Numbered from the stretch's first letter, positions 38,467 to 49,700 are shown. The stretch: 64,000 nucleotides of DNA from a bacterium (GCA_037141055.1 JBAXDH010000005.1:90-64089), one strand, 5' to 3'. Numbers and translations: made by a program. Notes: generated by a model not told the origin, from the sequence alone.

Positions 38467-39195
38467 ATGCGAATCTCATTCTTCTTCCTTTTATTAGCTT
38501 TTACTGTTTCAGGGTTCGGACAGGATACGGTGAATATCACAGACAGCCGGGGCCACAGGCAGGGGTTCTGGCGTAAAAATGATTCATCCGGACATGTAAT
38601 TTACGAAGGACATTTCAGGGACGGCGTGCCTTCGGGAGTTTTCCGGTACTTCTACCCGGACGGCAAGCTGAAAACCCTTTCAACGCTGTCGAACCAGGGA
38701 AAGCGTGCCGTCACGGTTTCATACTTTCCCAACGGCACGAAAATGGCGGAAGGCAATTATCTGGATGAAAAAAAAGACAGTACCTGGCAATTTTTCAGCG
38801 AATACTCGGGCGCGCTTGTGTCCAGGGAAACTTATCTTTCCGGGCAGATCCACGGCTTTTCCAAAGTGTTTTACGAGGAAGGCGGATTGTCTGAACAACA
38901 GGAATATAAGAATGGTGCAAAGGATGGCCCCTGGGAACAGCATTATCCCGACGGCAAGCCGAAATTGCTGGGCACCTATAAAGACGGTAAACTGAACGGC
39001 CTGCTTAAAACTTTGTACAAATCCGGGCAGATAATGTATACCGGCATCTATGTTGACGGATACAAGGATAAAACCTGGCTCTATTACAATGAAAAAGGAG
39101 CCGTTACGAAAAAAGAGATATACAGGGGCGGGAAACTAATAAAGGTCGACCCTGAGGTTAAAGAGCCGTTACCTGTCGTTCCCGAAGGTCAGTAG
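38467..39195 (+). CDS. MORN-variant repeat (YwqK-like) secreted protein
   Basis: Start trimmed to ATG 38467 (MRISFFFLLLAF). Has repeated G..(D/E)G.w..yY.nGk units. Confidence 0.65.
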   Translation: MRISFFFLLLAFTVSGFGQDTVNITDSRGHRQGFWRKNDSSGHVIYEGHFRDGVPSGVFRYFYPDGKLKTLSTLSNQGKRAVTVSYFPNGTKMAEGNYLDEKKDSTWQFFSEYSGALVSRETYLSGQIHGFSKVFYEEGGLSEQQEYKNGAKDGPWEQHYPDGKPKLLGTYKDGKLNGLLKTLYKSGQIMYTGIYVDGYKDKTWLYYNEKGAVTKKEIYRGGKLIKVDPEVKEPLPVVPEGQ

Positions 39196-39295
39196 GCCTC
39201 CCTTCTCATATGTTTTATTTCCCATCGCTAACCTGATTTTTACCTGTTTGCCGGTTTTTTATTACATTTGTGTTTTATTGTGAATTTGTTAACAC

Positions 39296-39658
39296 GTGAA
39301 GAAAAAGACCCTGGTCCTTGGTGCAAGTACAAATCCTGAGCGATTCTCATACATGGCAGTGAGAAAGCTCAAATACGGCAACATCCCTGTGGTGGCCGTC
39401 GGCCTGAGGGAAGGAGAGATCAGCGGCGTAAGGATTGAAAAACCATTTCCGAAATTTGAGAATATTCATACGGTTACGGTTTATATAGGTCCGAAAAACC
39501 TGGTCGCCTATTACGATTATATCCTGGGGCTTCATCCCAAACGGGTGATTTTTAACCCTGGAACAGAAAATATGAATTTTGCAGCATCCCTCCAATCTGC
39601 GGGCATTGAGGTGGTTAATGCCTGTACGCTGATCATGGTTTCCAATCACCAGTACTGA
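39296..39658 (+). CDS. CoA-binding domain protein (YccU-like)
   Basis: 120 aa with a GTG start and KTLVLGASTNPERFSYMAV...IPVVAVG. Confidence 0.7.
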   Translation: MKKKTLVLGASTNPERFSYMAVRKLKYGNIPVVAVGLREGEISGVRIEKPFPKFENIHTVTVYIGPKNLVAYYDYILGLHPKRVIFNPGTENMNFAASLQSAGIEVVNACTLIMVSNHQY

Positions 39659-39768
39659 CCCCGGAGCAGGTTTGTGGACTGAATACTAAGTCGGGCGCCG
39701 CAGCGTTATCTCAAGTAGTCGAAGTATACGTTCCCCGAATCAAAGAAATTCTTATTTTTGCGGCAGCA

Positions 39769-40902
39769 TTGAACTCCCAGATGAAACACCTCCTTTTTCT
39801 CATATTTCTTTTCTGCGGTATGGTTGCGATCGGCCAGACTGTTGTGGTGAAACCAGCTGATACCATCGTTTGTTTTCGCGACAGCGTTGCTTTTACAACC
39901 GTTGTTACCGGTGCCGGTACAGCGAAAATCATCTACCGCTGGCAGAAAGGTGCTGTTGATCTTACGGGTCCCGGTGCGACCGATTCCATTTATGCGATCG
40001 TTCATGTAAAAGGCAGTGACACCGGGCTGTACCGGTGCATCATCTCTGTGCAGGGCATGGGGTCAGATACAAGCAATGAGGTCACTCTGAGGATGCACCC
40101 CCGAATGTACATCGATACATTGTACCGGTACAACCAGCTGGGGTGTGCAGGTGAATGCAAAGGTCAGTTCAAAACGCTCGTGTCAGGCGGAACAAAGTTT
40201 AAAGGTGAATCTCCGTACATTTACGAATGGGGAGGAGGTCATTCGCAGGATACAATCGTGTTCGGCCTTTGTCCCGGGCGCTACAGGATCAAAGTGACCG
40301 ATTCAATTGGTTGCCCGATCGACAGCGCCTATTTCGTAGACGTTTTAAAATCTCCCAAGGTTACTTTTGAAATCCTGCCCGACTCGGTGGTTTATCTTAC
40401 CAATCCGAACATCCAGGTAGTCTTCCCCGATTCAATGACCAAATACATTTCGAACTGGACCTGGGATTTCGGCGATTCTGTCAGGATACCGAACCTGAAC
40501 CCGGCGACACACACGTATCAGCGAACAGGAAGGTTTACCGTGAATCTCGGTTTTACAGATTTAAACGGTTGCGACACGGTTATTTCCAATTTAGTGACTG
40601 TTAAAATCGCCAAGCTTAAAATTCCCAATGTTTTTACGCCGAACGGTGATTTGGTCAACGACAAATTTGAAATCCAGATAGAGGGCGAGCCAAAGAGAGA
40701 TTTTCGCGAGGCATATCTTGGCAACGAATTACTGGTCTATGACAGGTGGGGCCGGAAAATGTTTGGTAAAACAGACTATAAAAGCGAGGACTGGGACGGC
40801 GAGAGACTTTCTGACGGCACCTATTTTTACATCCTTAAATTAATTGGACAATTCGGGGATGAAGTGAACAAAGGTTCCGTGACCATCCTTCGCGGGAATT
40901 AA
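39769..40902 (+). CDS. Secreted Ig/PKD-domain protein with a T9SS type B (gliding-motility-associated) C-terminal sorting domain
   Basis: 377 aa with a signal peptide and a PKD-like segment (WDFGDS...HTYQRTGRFTVNL). The C-terminus reads IPNVFTPNGDLVNDKFEI...YDRWGRKMF...WDG...DGTYFYILK. Confidence 0.75.
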   Translation: MNSQMKHLLFLIFLFCGMVAIGQTVVVKPADTIVCFRDSVAFTTVVTGAGTAKIIYRWQKGAVDLTGPGATDSIYAIVHVKGSDTGLYRCIISVQGMGSDTSNEVTLRMHPRMYIDTLYRYNQLGCAGECKGQFKTLVSGGTKFKGESPYIYEWGGGHSQDTIVFGLCPGRYRIKVTDSIGCPIDSAYFVDVLKSPKVTFEILPDSVVYLTNPNIQVVFPDSMTKYISNWTWDFGDSVRIPNLNPATHTYQRTGRFTVNLGFTDLNGCDTVISNLVTVKIAKLKIPNVFTPNGDLVNDKFEIQIEGEPKRDFREAYLGNELLVYDRWGRKMFGKTDYKSEDWDGERLSDGTYFYILKLIGQFGDEVNKGSVTILRGN

Positions 40903-40917
40903 TTTCAACAGGTCGGA

Positions 40918-42150
40918 TTACTTGAACAGCAATCCCATATAAAAGCCGGGCCGTGTAAGTTTTTTCCGGATGTCTTCATTCGTAAACATCGCCGACAGCA
41001 GTTCACCGAGTTCCTTATTTTTCCGGGCTTTATCCACAACCAGGTTAAACAGTTTTGAAGAACCCGCCAGGTATTGCATAACAGCCATGGTTCTGAATTC
41101 CTGTGAAAACCGCCGGTCGATCCGTGCATCATAGGTTTTCAGGGCATCGGCTGAAAAATCATCATCGTTGAAATTTTTCTCCAGGATGCCAGCTGCAATT
41201 TCTCCGCTTGCCATGGCGTTACCAATCCCTTCCCCGCTGAACGGGTCGACGAGGAAAGCGGCATCACCGAGCAGGAGATACCTGTTGCCGGACCGGTTTA
41301 AATGATAGGTGCCGAGGGGCAGGGTATGCGCTTCCGCCTTTCCCATGAGCCGTGCATTGCGAAACCGGGGTGCAATCAACGGGTCGTTCGCGATGATATC
41401 ATCCAGAACATGCGTCAGGTTTATGCGTTTCCTGCTGATTTGTTTTTGCATCATGCCGAACCCGGCATTGACCAGTCCGCCCGTGGACGGGAATATCCAG
41501 AAATAGCCAGGCAACAGTCTTTTCAGGAAAATAAGTTCGATGAAGTTCCCGGGATGAAGGCCTGAAACGTTTTCGAAGTAGCCCCTGATGCCTACACAAA
41601 AATGTTTTTTATCAATCGTTTCCTGCTGAAGAGATTTCCTGACGGCAGAGTGTATTCCGTCGGCACCTGCAATTACCTTCCCGCTGAATTCATTTTCCGC
41701 CGTTTTTGCAGAGATGCAGTCGGGGCGGGTCGTAATTTCTTCGATCCGTTCTCCCTGGAATATTGAAATGTTGGGATAGTCGTGCAGCCGGTCGAAAAGG
41801 AAAAGATCGAAGTCATTCCGGTTGCATACAAATCCCGGAGCCGGCTGATCAGATGCTATGTCCGACAAAAAAGGGATGTCGACCGCATGGTGGTTCGGGG
41901 CAATAAAACGGATGCCATATGATGGGATTTTACTGACATTCTGGAGGAAATCCTCATAAACACCGCCCGGTATCCGTTTCATGACATTCAGCACTTTTCC
42001 GCTCAACGCATCGCCGCAGATCTTATGCCTGGGAAACACATCTTTTTCGATAATACCGATCCGGTGCCCTTTTGGGGCAAGGTTGAGCGCCATTGTGCAG
42101 CCGGCCGGTCCTGCACCAGCTATGAGGATGTCAAATTCATATTCCGCCAT
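40918..42150 (-). CDS. Geranylgeranyl reductase family FAD-dependent oxidoreductase
   Basis: 410 aa with FDILIAGAGPAGCTMA, KICGDALS and LLGDAAFLVDPFSGEGIGNAM. Confidence 0.75.
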   Translation of the reverse strand: MAEYEFDILIAGAGPAGCTMALNLAPKGHRIGIIEKDVFPRHKICGDALSGKVLNVMKRIPGGVYEDFLQNVSKIPSYGIRFIAPNHHAVDIPFLSDIASDQPAPGFVCNRNDFDLFLFDRLHDYPNISIFQGERIEEITTRPDCISAKTAENEFSGKVIAGADGIHSAVRKSLQQETIDKKHFCVGIRGYFENVSGLHPGNFIELIFLKRLLPGYFWIFPSTGGLVNAGFGMMQKQISRKRINLTHVLDDIIANDPLIAPRFRNARLMGKAEAHTLPLGTYHLNRSGNRYLLLGDAAFLVDPFSGEGIGNAMASGEIAAGILEKNFNDDDFSADALKTYDARIDRRFSQEFRTMAVMQYLAGSSKLFNLVVDKARKNKELGELLSAMFTNEDIRKKLTRPGFYMGLLFK

Positions 42151-42240
42151 AAATATTCCGGTTGCGATTCTTTACAACAATTGCTGCAAACTTAGCAGAA
42201 TAATCCCGGATTTTATGCAATTTTGCTTAAACACTTTTTT

Positions 42241-42885
42241 ATGAGGAAGGAAGAACGTTTCAGGCTGGTGCTGGACTATTTTCTCCGGAATGTTCCGGTT
42301 GCCGAAACAGAACTGGCTTATACCGACCCGTATGAGTTGACGGTCGCGGTCATCCTGTCTGCGCAATGCACAGATAAACGGGTGAACATGATCACCCCTC
42401 CCTTTTTCAGGATGTTTCCCGATGTCAGGGCACTGGCTGCGGCTGATCCCGCTTCCGTATTTGAACTGATACGAAGCTGCTCCTATCCGAACAACAAGAC
42501 AAAGAACCTGGTTGCCATGGCCAATGTACTGGTGGATAAATATGAAGGAACACTGCCACCGGATGTCGAAGAAATGCAAAAAATACCGGGGATTGGCCGA
42601 AAAACTGCGAATGTGCTTGCTTCGGTTATTTTCAACAAACCGGCTCTTGCTGTTGATACGCATGTTTTCCGGGTCTCTGCAAGGATCGGTCTGACTACCG
42701 ATGCAAAAAATCCATTGCAGGCGGAGCGGCAACTTGTCAGGTATATCCCTGAAAACCTGAGAGCGATCGCCCACCACTGGCTGATCCTCCATGGACGTTA
42801 CGTTTGTACGGCACGCAAACCTTTGTGCGAAACCTGTGGGCTGCACGATTACTGCAAGTTTTTCCTGACGAAAAAGGCAACATGA
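42241..42885 (+). CDS. nth: Endonuclease III
   Basis: Has HhH-GPD ([12 protein letters not shown]...VDTHVFRV) and the Fe-S motif C-x6-C-x2-C-x5-C (CTARKPLCETCGLHDYC). Start set at ATG 42241. Confidence 0.9.
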   Translation: MRKEERFRLVLDYFLRNVPVAETELAYTDPYELTVAVILSAQCTDKRVNMITPPFFRMFPDVRALAAADPASVFELIRSCSYPNNKTKNLVAMANVLVDKYEGTLPPDVEEMQKIPGIGRKTANVLASVIFNKPALAVDTHVFRVSARIGLTTDAKNPLQAERQLVRYIPENLRAIAHHWLILHGRYVCTARKPLCETCGLHDYCKFFLTKKAT

Positions 42886-42987
42886 TGTTGTTGATAACTC
42901 GGGAATTGTTCCTGGTGCAATTGTGTGCATAATTTCTAATTTTGGGGTTGAATAATCAACCAATCATCGAATTTTAACTACCTGATT

Positions 42988-43452
42988 ATGGCACAATTAT
43001 CCGTTGGTGATATTGCCCCTGACATTCAGTCTGCGGATCAGAACGGCAATGAAATTTCATTGCAGGCATACAGGGGTAGTAAAGTGATTGTCTATTTCTA
43101 TCCGAAAGACAACACACCCGGGTGTACGGCCGAAGCATGCAATTTGAGGGATAACTATCAGGTTCTCATGGGAAAAGGCTTTAAAATTATTGGTGTAAGT
43201 GCCGATGACGAGAAGTCGCATAAAAATTTTTCTGAAAAATATGTATTACCTTTTGCCCTTATTCCCGATAAAGCAAAAAAAATCATCATGGATTATGGTG
43301 TGTGGGGCATGAAAAAACTTTACGGGAAGGAATATGAAGGGATCAACCGAATGACTTTCATCATCGATGAAAGCGGGGTGATCTCCCATATCTTCACAAA
43401 AGTGGACACCAAGAACCACACAGATCAGATCCTGAAAGCAACTAATCAGTAG
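42988..43452 (+). CDS. bcp: Thioredoxin-dependent thiol peroxidase (Bcp/PrxQ)
   Basis: 154 aa with [15 protein letters not shown], giving the peroxidatic and resolving Cys 5 residues apart. Confidence 0.9.
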   Translation: MAQLSVGDIAPDIQSADQNGNEISLQAYRGSKVIVYFYPKDNTPGCTAEACNLRDNYQVLMGKGFKIIGVSADDEKSHKNFSEKYVLPFALIPDKAKKIIMDYGVWGMKKLYGKEYEGINRMTFIIDESGVISHIFTKVDTKNHTDQILKATNQ

Positions 43453-43455
43453 TAA

Positions 43456-43476
43456 AGACGCGCCATAGGCGCGTCT
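43456..43476 (+). terminator. GC-rich hairpin after bcp (9-bp stem AGACGCGCC / GGCGCGTCT, 3-nt loop)
   Basis: Read directly. No T-tract follows. Confidence 0.4.
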
Positions 43477-43505
43477 CCACAGCTACAAAAAAGGAGGAAA
43501 AAATC

Positions 43506-44510
43506 ATGGCAACAGAAGTGAACAAGGAAAAAGTGAAAGCCCTGCAGCTTACACTGGACAAACTGGAGAAGACATACGGTAAAGGTACCATCATGCGGCT
43601 TGGCGACAGCGCCATCGAGGCAGTCGATGTAATCTCCACCGGATCCATCGGGCTCGATGCCGCACTGGGAATTGGCGGTCTGCCAAAGGGCCGTGTAATT
43701 GAAATCTATGGCCCCGAGTCATCGGGGAAAACAACGCTTGCATTGCATGCGATTGCGGAATCGCAGAAAGCCGGCGGCATTGCCGCATTCATTGATGCCG
43801 AACACGCCTTTGACCGGTTTTATGCGCAGAAACTTGGCGTGGATGTCGAGAACCTGCTCGTATCGCAGCCTGACAACGGTGAGCAGGCGCTTGAAATTAC
43901 TGAAAACCTCATCCGTTCCGGGGCCATCGACATCATTGTGATTGACTCGGTTGCCGCCCTTACGCCCAAAAGCGAAATAGAAGGGGAGATGGGCGATTCA
44001 AAAATGGGGCTTCAGGCCCGGCTCATGTCGCAGGCATTGCGAAAACTGACTGCCACTATCAGCAAAACAGCCACCTGCTGCATTTTCATCAATCAGCTCC
44101 GCGAGAAGATCGGCGTAATGTTTGGAAATCCGGAAACCACCACTGGAGGCAATGCGTTGAAATTTTATGCTTCCGTTCGCCTTGACATCAGGCGGCAGAC
44201 ACAGTTAAAAGAAGGGGATGAAGTGGTTGGTAACCATGTGAAAGTCAAAGTTGTCAAAAACAAGGTAGCGCCGCCATTCCGCAAGGCCGAATTTGATATT
44301 ATCTTCGGGGAAGGGATTTCCAAACCCTTTGAAATCATTGACCTGGCAACGGAGTTGAACGTGATTAAAAAAAGCGGCTCATGGTTCAGCTACGGCGATA
44401 CGAAGCTGGGACAGGGCCGGGATGCCGTGAAAAAAATTCTGCAGGATAATCCTGAACTTGCAGACGAACTTGAAGGAAAAATCAGGGCTGTATTGAACAC
44501 CCATGTGTAA
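43506..44510 (+). CDS. recA: Recombinase RecA
   Basis: 334 aa with Walker [10 protein letters not shown] and the FIDAEHA and [29 protein letters not shown] motifs. Confidence 0.97.
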   Translation: MATEVNKEKVKALQLTLDKLEKTYGKGTIMRLGDSAIEAVDVISTGSIGLDAALGIGGLPKGRVIEIYGPESSGKTTLALHAIAESQKAGGIAAFIDAEHAFDRFYAQKLGVDVENLLVSQPDNGEQALEITENLIRSGAIDIIVIDSVAALTPKSEIEGEMGDSKMGLQARLMSQALRKLTATISKTATCCIFINQLREKIGVMFGNPETTTGGNALKFYASVRLDIRRQTQLKEGDEVVGNHVKVKVVKNKVAPPFRKAEFDIIFGEGISKPFEIIDLATELNVIKKSGSWFSYGDTKLGQGRDAVKKILQDNPELADELEGKIRAVLNTHV

Positions 44511-44514
44511 ACGG

Positions 44515-45540
44515 ATGAAAAACCTGGTCTTTTGTCTTTTGCTTTGCGTAATCGGATTATCTTCCTGCCGGAGCGGCGGGAAGACATCCGGTGATCAAAT
44601 GCAGGGCGGTGATACGACACGAATGAAACTCGAAGTTCTCAATCAGCAGATTGAGAGTGATGTGTCAAACCCCGAACTTTATAACCGGAGAGCCAAATTC
44701 TACCTGTTCGACCACCAGTTTGACAAAGCCCTGAAGGATGTTCATAAAGCCATTTCAATCAATCCGGGGAATTCGGTTTATTATGTGACGCTTTCCGACA
44801 TCTACCTGTTGATGGGCAAACCCGATGACAGCAGGGATGCACTTAACAAGGCTGTCAGCACAAGCCCGGGCGATACCGAAGCATTGCTAAAATTGTCAAA
44901 GCTGTACCTGATTGTCAAAGATTACAAGAACTGTTACATCACCGTGAGGAAACTCCTGGAACTGGACAACGGGAATGCTACGGCCTACTTCACCAGGGCC
45001 ATCGGTTTGCTTGAGCAGGGCGACACCATTCACGCTGTTGACGATCTGAAACAGGCAGTTGACAAGAACCAGGAATATTACGATGCCTATGTTCAGCTTG
45101 GCGAGCTCTATGCCGTAAAGAAGGATCCCGTGGCGGAACTGTACCTGAAAAATGCGTTGAAACTGCGCCCGAAAAGCAGGGAGGCGCTTTATATGCTTGG
45201 ATTGCACTACCAGGAGACAGGAAAATATCCCCAGGCACTGGCCACCTATCAGATTCTTGCAAAGGCAGATACATCATTCAGGGAGGCTTCCTATAACCAG
45301 GGATATATTTACCTTGTTTACCTCAAAGATTTCCCGAAGGCGGCTCAGTTTTTCAGCGAGTCGATTCAAAAGGACCCGGGTTATTATGAAGCATATTTCA
45401 ACCGTGGATATGCGTATGAACTTGCAGGAGATTACAAAAAGGCCTATGACGACTACCAGAAGTCATTGAAAATAAAAGTTAACTACGATAAGGCTGTTGA
45501 AGGTCTCAACCGGCTAGACCGGAATCGGAGTAAAAAGTAA
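44515..45540 (+). CDS. TPR-repeat lipoprotein
   Basis: Start set at ATG 44515 (MKNLVFCLLLCVIGLSSC lipobox), followed by multiple TPR units. Confidence 0.65.
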   Translation: MKNLVFCLLLCVIGLSSCRSGGKTSGDQMQGGDTTRMKLEVLNQQIESDVSNPELYNRRAKFYLFDHQFDKALKDVHKAISINPGNSVYYVTLSDIYLLMGKPDDSRDALNKAVSTSPGDTEALLKLSKLYLIVKDYKNCYITVRKLLELDNGNATAYFTRAIGLLEQGDTIHAVDDLKQAVDKNQEYYDAYVQLGELYAVKKDPVAELYLKNALKLRPKSREALYMLGLHYQETGKYPQALATYQILAKADTSFREASYNQGYIYLVYLKDFPKAAQFFSESIQKDPGYYEAYFNRGYAYELAGDYKKAYDDYQKSLKIKVNYDKAVEGLNRLDRNRSKK

Positions 45541-45553
45541 GATTCCTGCCCGT

Positions 45554-46099
45554 TTAAAATACGATGCCGTTCTCTTCCGGGTACTGAATGCAGTGAATTG
45601 CCGGCAGTGCATTCAGCAGGCGGTAACCATAGCGGGTTTCGAACAGCCGTTTGCATTCGCGGACTGCATTTTCCTTAAAAGACTTCAGCGGGTTCTGGTA
45701 CAGCAGCAAAAAGTCTTTCAGATCCTGGTATATATCAGTGTACGACTCGGCCAGGCTTCCTTTTACGGGATCATTGTGACTCTTTTCATGCTGATCAACA
45801 AAAAAGAAGTGGTCGGATTCTCCGAATTTATTGTAGAGCACATTGAACATTGCCTCCCATTGTTCTTCGTTTACGTAATGTTCAACAGCATCCTCATCCT
45901 CCACTTCAACGTCGGGGAGAAGTGCACTTTTTAAATAGATGAGCGGGGAAATTTTCTGCAAAAAATTCAACAGTTCTTCCACCGAATAATTTTCGGCTTT
46001 CTCCATGAAAAGGCAGTATTCATTGGCCAGGGTGAGCATTTCAAGAACCTTGCGTGAATATACAGGGTCATCGCCGGAAGGCAGTTTTTCTTCAGTCAT
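45554..46099 (-). CDS. DUF5063-like protein
   Basis: 181 aa. The pattern ANEYCLFMEKA...ISPLIYLKSALLP...LAESYTDIYQDLKDF matches my recollection of DUF5063. By eye only. Confidence 0.5.
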   Translation of the reverse strand: MTEEKLPSGDDPVYSRKVLEMLTLANEYCLFMEKAENYSVEELLNFLQKISPLIYLKSALLPDVEVEDEDAVEHYVNEEQWEAMFNVLYNKFGESDHFFFVDQHEKSHNDPVKGSLAESYTDIYQDLKDFLLLYQNPLKSFKENAVRECKRLFETRYGYRLLNALPAIHCIQYPEENGIVF

Positions 46100-46106
46100 T
46101 AATGGC

Positions 46107-47843
46107 TTATTTTAGCTTCATGGAGGTTATGATCCCTGCGATTTTTTCATCCAGGCGCTTTTCAGTCTGCCCGAATTCATCGATGTTGCGAAGTCTCTCA
46201 CGCACCCCGAAATAGAATTTGATCTTTGGTTCGGTCCCTGAAGGCCGTACGCTGATAATGCTTCCGTCTTCAAGCAAAAATTGCAGGACATTCGATTTTG
46301 GAAGATTGATCGGTGTTTCCAGTCCCGTTTCAACCACCTTTTCTTTTAGCAGCAGGTAATCCTTGATTCGGACTACTTTGGAATTGTTGACCACTACCGG
46401 TGGATTTGCCCGGTAATCGACCATCATTTGCTGGATCTCCTCCGCCCCGGTCTTGCCTTTGCGGGTAACAGAAATCAGGCCTTCCTTGAAGAAACCATAC
46501 TTTTGGTAAATTTCCAGGAGAAGGTCAAACAGCGATTTTCCCGAATCGGCCATCCATGCAGCTGTTTCGGCAATCAGCGCGCAGGCGCTGATTGCATCCT
46601 TGTCGCGCACAAAATCGCCGATCAGGTAACCGTAACTTTCCTCGCCGCCAACGATATAGGTCTTTTTTCCTTCATGCTGCCTGATGACATCCGCAATGAA
46701 TTTAAACCCGGTGAGGCACTCGAAATATTCAACGCCAAAGGATTCTGCAATTTCCGATAAAAGTTTGGTCGTTACAATCGTGGAAACAATAAACTCATTC
46801 CCCTTCAGTTTGCCGAGTTCTTTCCACCTGCTGAGGATGTAGTAAAATATCAGTGCGGCGGTCTGGTTACCATTCAGCAGGACCATCTCATTGTTGTGAT
46901 TTCTTACGGCGATACCAACTCGGTCGGCATCCGGGTCGGTGGCCATAACCAGGTCTGCGTGCAACTCCCCGGCAAGCTTTATGGCCATATCGAGCGCATC
47001 ATGTTCTTCAGGGTTAGGTGAATGGACGGTTGGGAAGTTACCGTCGGCAATTGCCTGTTCCCTGACCATGTGAATGTTTTCAAAGCCGAACCGTGATAAA
47101 ATGTCGGGCACAAGTTTGCGGCCGCAGCCGTGGAGAGGCGTATAGACAATCTTCAGGTCTTTCTGGCGCCTGATGACATCCGGGGAGAGGGACAGCGCAT
47201 GAATCCGGTCGAGATATTCAACGTCGATTTCGGCGCCGATGCTGATGATGTTTGCCTTAACTCCGGCCCATTTTACATCATCGATGGAAGTGATCTTCTG
47301 AACTTCCATGATGACATTTTCATCATGGGGGGCAATCATCTGGGCGCCATCGTCCCAGTATGCCTTATACCCGTTGTATTCCTTCGGGTTGTGCGAAGCG
47401 GTGACCATGACTCCGCTCTGGCAGCCGAGTTTTCTTATGGCGAAGGAAAGTTCAGGGGTAGGGCGGAGGTCGTCGAACAGGAAAACCATGAATCCATTCG
47501 CCGAAAGCACTTCAGCTACGATCCGTGCAAAATATTTGCTGTTGTTCCTGCTGTCGTGGGAAATGGCCATTTTTACAGGATTGAGCGCAGGGAACATCTT
47601 TTTAAGGTAATTGGCAAGTCCCTGGGTGGCCATTCCAACCGTGTACTTATTCATCCTGTTTGTCCCGACTCCCATGATACCCCGAAGGCCGCCGGTGCCG
47701 AATTCGAGGTCGCGGTAAAATGAATCGGTCAGTTCAACAGTGTTTGTCTCCAGTAAGGATTTTACCGCAGTTTTCGTTTCATCATCAAAACTGCCGTTCA
47801 GCCAGGTATTTGCACGGTCTAAAATATGCTTTTCAATCTCCAT
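46107..47843 (-). CDS. Phospho-sugar mutase (phosphoglucomutase/phosphomannomutase family)
   Basis: 578 aa with the active-site loop TASHNPKEYNGYK and the metal loop DPDADR. Confidence 0.85.
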   Translation of the reverse strand: MEIEKHILDRANTWLNGSFDDETKTAVKSLLETNTVELTDSFYRDLEFGTGGLRGIMGVGTNRMNKYTVGMATQGLANYLKKMFPALNPVKMAISHDSRNNSKYFARIVAEVLSANGFMVFLFDDLRPTPELSFAIRKLGCQSGVMVTASHNPKEYNGYKAYWDDGAQMIAPHDENVIMEVQKITSIDDVKWAGVKANIISIGAEIDVEYLDRIHALSLSPDVIRRQKDLKIVYTPLHGCGRKLVPDILSRFGFENIHMVREQAIADGNFPTVHSPNPEEHDALDMAIKLAGELHADLVMATDPDADRVGIAVRNHNNEMVLLNGNQTAALIFYYILSRWKELGKLKGNEFIVSTIVTTKLLSEIAESFGVEYFECLTGFKFIADVIRQHEGKKTYIVGGEESYGYLIGDFVRDKDAISACALIAETAAWMADSGKSLFDLLLEIYQKYGFFKEGLISVTRKGKTGAEEIQQMMVDYRANPPVVVNNSKVVRIKDYLLLKEKVVETGLETPINLPKSNVLQFLLEDGSIISVRPSGTEPKIKFYFGVRERLRNIDEFGQTEKRLDEKIAGIITSMKLK

Positions 47844-47879
47844 GTCATCAGCTTTTAATCACAAAATAAAAATCGTAAA

Positions 47880-48740
47880 TTATGCTTTCATCCGGGCAAG
47901 GCACGCCTGCAAACTGTCTCTCCAGTATGGAATTTCCAGCTGAAACCGTTGTTTTATCTTTGTCTTGTTGAAAACACTGTAAAATGGCCGTGCTGCCGGC
48001 AGTGGGTAGTCCTTTGTTTCAATGGGGCTGATTTTGCAGTCAATGCCGCTTAATTCAATAATTGCCACTGCAAAATCATACCAGCTTGCAACGCCTTCGT
48101 TTGAGTAATGAAATACCTCCACTCCATCAGATTGCGGCAGGCGTGGCAGTACGTCGAGAATGGCTTTTGCGAGATCACGGGCATAGGTCGGGGAACCTGC
48201 CTGGTCGAAAACCACATTCAGTTTCCCACGTTCTTTCCCGTATTTCATCATTGTTTTGACAAAATTACTGCCAAACTCCGAGTAAAGCCAGGATGTTCTC
48301 AGGATGAAGGCCCTTTTTGCATATGATTGCACCTGCTGTTCACCGGCATGTTTGCTTTTGGCGTACAGTGAAACAGGATTTGTCGGGTCCTCCTCCGTAT
48401 AGGGTCTGTAGCCCTTGCCATTGAATACATAATCCGTGGAAATGTGGACAAGAAAAGAGTTGTATTTTGCCGCCACCCGTGCGAGATTACCGACAGATGT
48501 AGCGTTTATCAGAAAAGCAAGGTTGTCTTCCTGTTCAGCTTTATCGACCGCAGTGTATGCTGCACAATTGATGATTGCGGCAGGTTTTTCCTTCCTGACC
48601 ATTTCCTCAATGTCAGATTCGCTCGTAATATCGAGTTCGGCAATATCGGTAAAAATAAATGTGTAATCCGGATAACCGGCGGCGAGCATTCTCAGTTCAT
48701 TGCCAAGCTGGCCATTGGAGCCGGTAACAAGAATTTTCAT
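47880..48740 (-). CDS. rfbD: dTDP-4-dehydrorhamnose reductase
   Basis: 286 aa with the MKILVTGSNGQLG Rossmann motif and the STDYVF and YAKSK catalytic motifs. Confidence 0.85.
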   Translation of the reverse strand: MKILVTGSNGQLGNELRMLAAGYPDYTFIFTDIAELDITSESDIEEMVRKEKPAAIINCAAYTAVDKAEQEDNLAFLINATSVGNLARVAAKYNSFLVHISTDYVFNGKGYRPYTEEDPTNPVSLYAKSKHAGEQQVQSYAKRAFILRTSWLYSEFGSNFVKTMMKYGKERGKLNVVFDQAGSPTYARDLAKAILDVLPRLPQSDGVEVFHYSNEGVASWYDFAVAIIELSGIDCKISPIETKDYPLPAARPFYSVFNKTKIKQRFQLEIPYWRDSLQACLARMKA

Positions 48741-48761
48741 ACGTGGTGGAATATGTATTGA

Positions 48762-49700
48762 TCAGATGACTGACTTGAAGTATTCAATGGTTTTGACCAG
48801 TCCTTCATCCAGCATGATTTTTGGTTCCCAACCAAGCTCTTTCTTTGCGAGCGAAATGTTAGGCTGCCGCTGTGTTGGATCATCCGCGGGAAGCGGCATA
48901 TGTATTATTTTAGAATTCGAGCCGGTCAGCTTAATTACTTTCTCTGCGAGTTCGAGCATGGTGAACTCATTCGGATTCCCGATGTTTACCGGACCGGTGA
49001 AATCTTCCCTTGAGTTCATCAGTCGGATCATCCCTTCCAGAAGATCGTCGACATAACAGAAACTTCTCGACTGTGATCCGTCGCCATACATGGTGATATC
49101 CTGGCCCTTCAAAGCCTGGACAATAAAGTTAGAAACAACGCGGCCATCGTTGGGATGCATCCGGGGACCGTAAGTGTTGAAAATTCGCATAATCTTTATG
49201 CGAACATTATTTTGCTGGTGATAGTTTACAAAAAGTGTTTCGGCAATGCGCTTCCCTTCATCGTAGCACGACCTGATCCCGATCGGGTTTACATGACCCC
49301 AGTAGGATTCAACCTGCGGATGCACTTCCGGATCACCGTAAACCTCGCTTGTGGAGGCCTGCAGGATGCGTGCTTTGATGCGCTTTGCAAGCCCGAGCAT
49401 GTTGATGGCCCCCATCACCGATGTTTTCACTGTTTTAATGGCATTGTACTGGTAGTGGATGGGTGATGCCGGGCATGCAAGATTGTAAATCTCATCAACT
49501 TCGATAAAGAAAGGCATGGTTACATCGTGGCGTATCAGTTCGAAATAAGGATTGCTCAGCAAGTGAACCACGTTTTTTTTCTGGCCTGTGAAATAGTTGT
49601 CAAGGCATACGACTTCATTCCCTTCCCGAAGCAATCGTTCACAGAGATGCGATCCGAGAAAACCCGCACCGCCGGTAACTAAAATTTTTTTCTTTATCAT
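48762..49700 (-). CDS. UDP-glucuronate decarboxylase (UDP-xylose synthase)
   Basis: 312 aa with [30 protein letters not shown] and YDEGKR. Confidence 0.85.
   Translation of the reverse strand: MIKKKILVTGGAGFLGSHLCERLLREGNEVVCLDNYFTGQKKNVVHLLSNPYFELIRHDVTMPFFIEVDEIYNLACPASPIHYQYNAIKTVKTSVMGAINMLGLAKRIKARILQASTSEVYGDPEVHPQVESYWGHVNPIGIRSCYDEGKRIAETLFVNYHQQNNVRIKIMRIFNTYGPRMHPNDGRVVSNFIVQALKGQDITMYGDGSQSRSFCYVDDLLEGMIRLMNSREDFTGPVNIGNPNEFTMLELAEKVIKLTGSNSKIIHMPLPADDPTQRQPNISLAKKELGWEPKIMLDEGLVKTIEYFKSVI

Noticed and set aside
42172-42963. 263-aa ORF on the minus strand covering the whole nth locus
   Set aside because: It is antisense to a gene with unambiguous endonuclease III motifs (HhH-GPD and the C-x6-C-x2-C-x5-C Fe-S motif). 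Its own translation is Arg/Cys/Gln-rich with no recognisable domain. This is a typical shadow ORF.
43491-43497. Strong AAGGAGG Shine-Dalgarno sequence 8 nt upstream of recA, which is unusual if the organism is a Bacteroidota
   Set aside because: This is a single instance. Individual highly expressed genes can retain SD-like sequences even in SD-poor lineages. It is not enough to question the taxonomic guess or to report as a finding.
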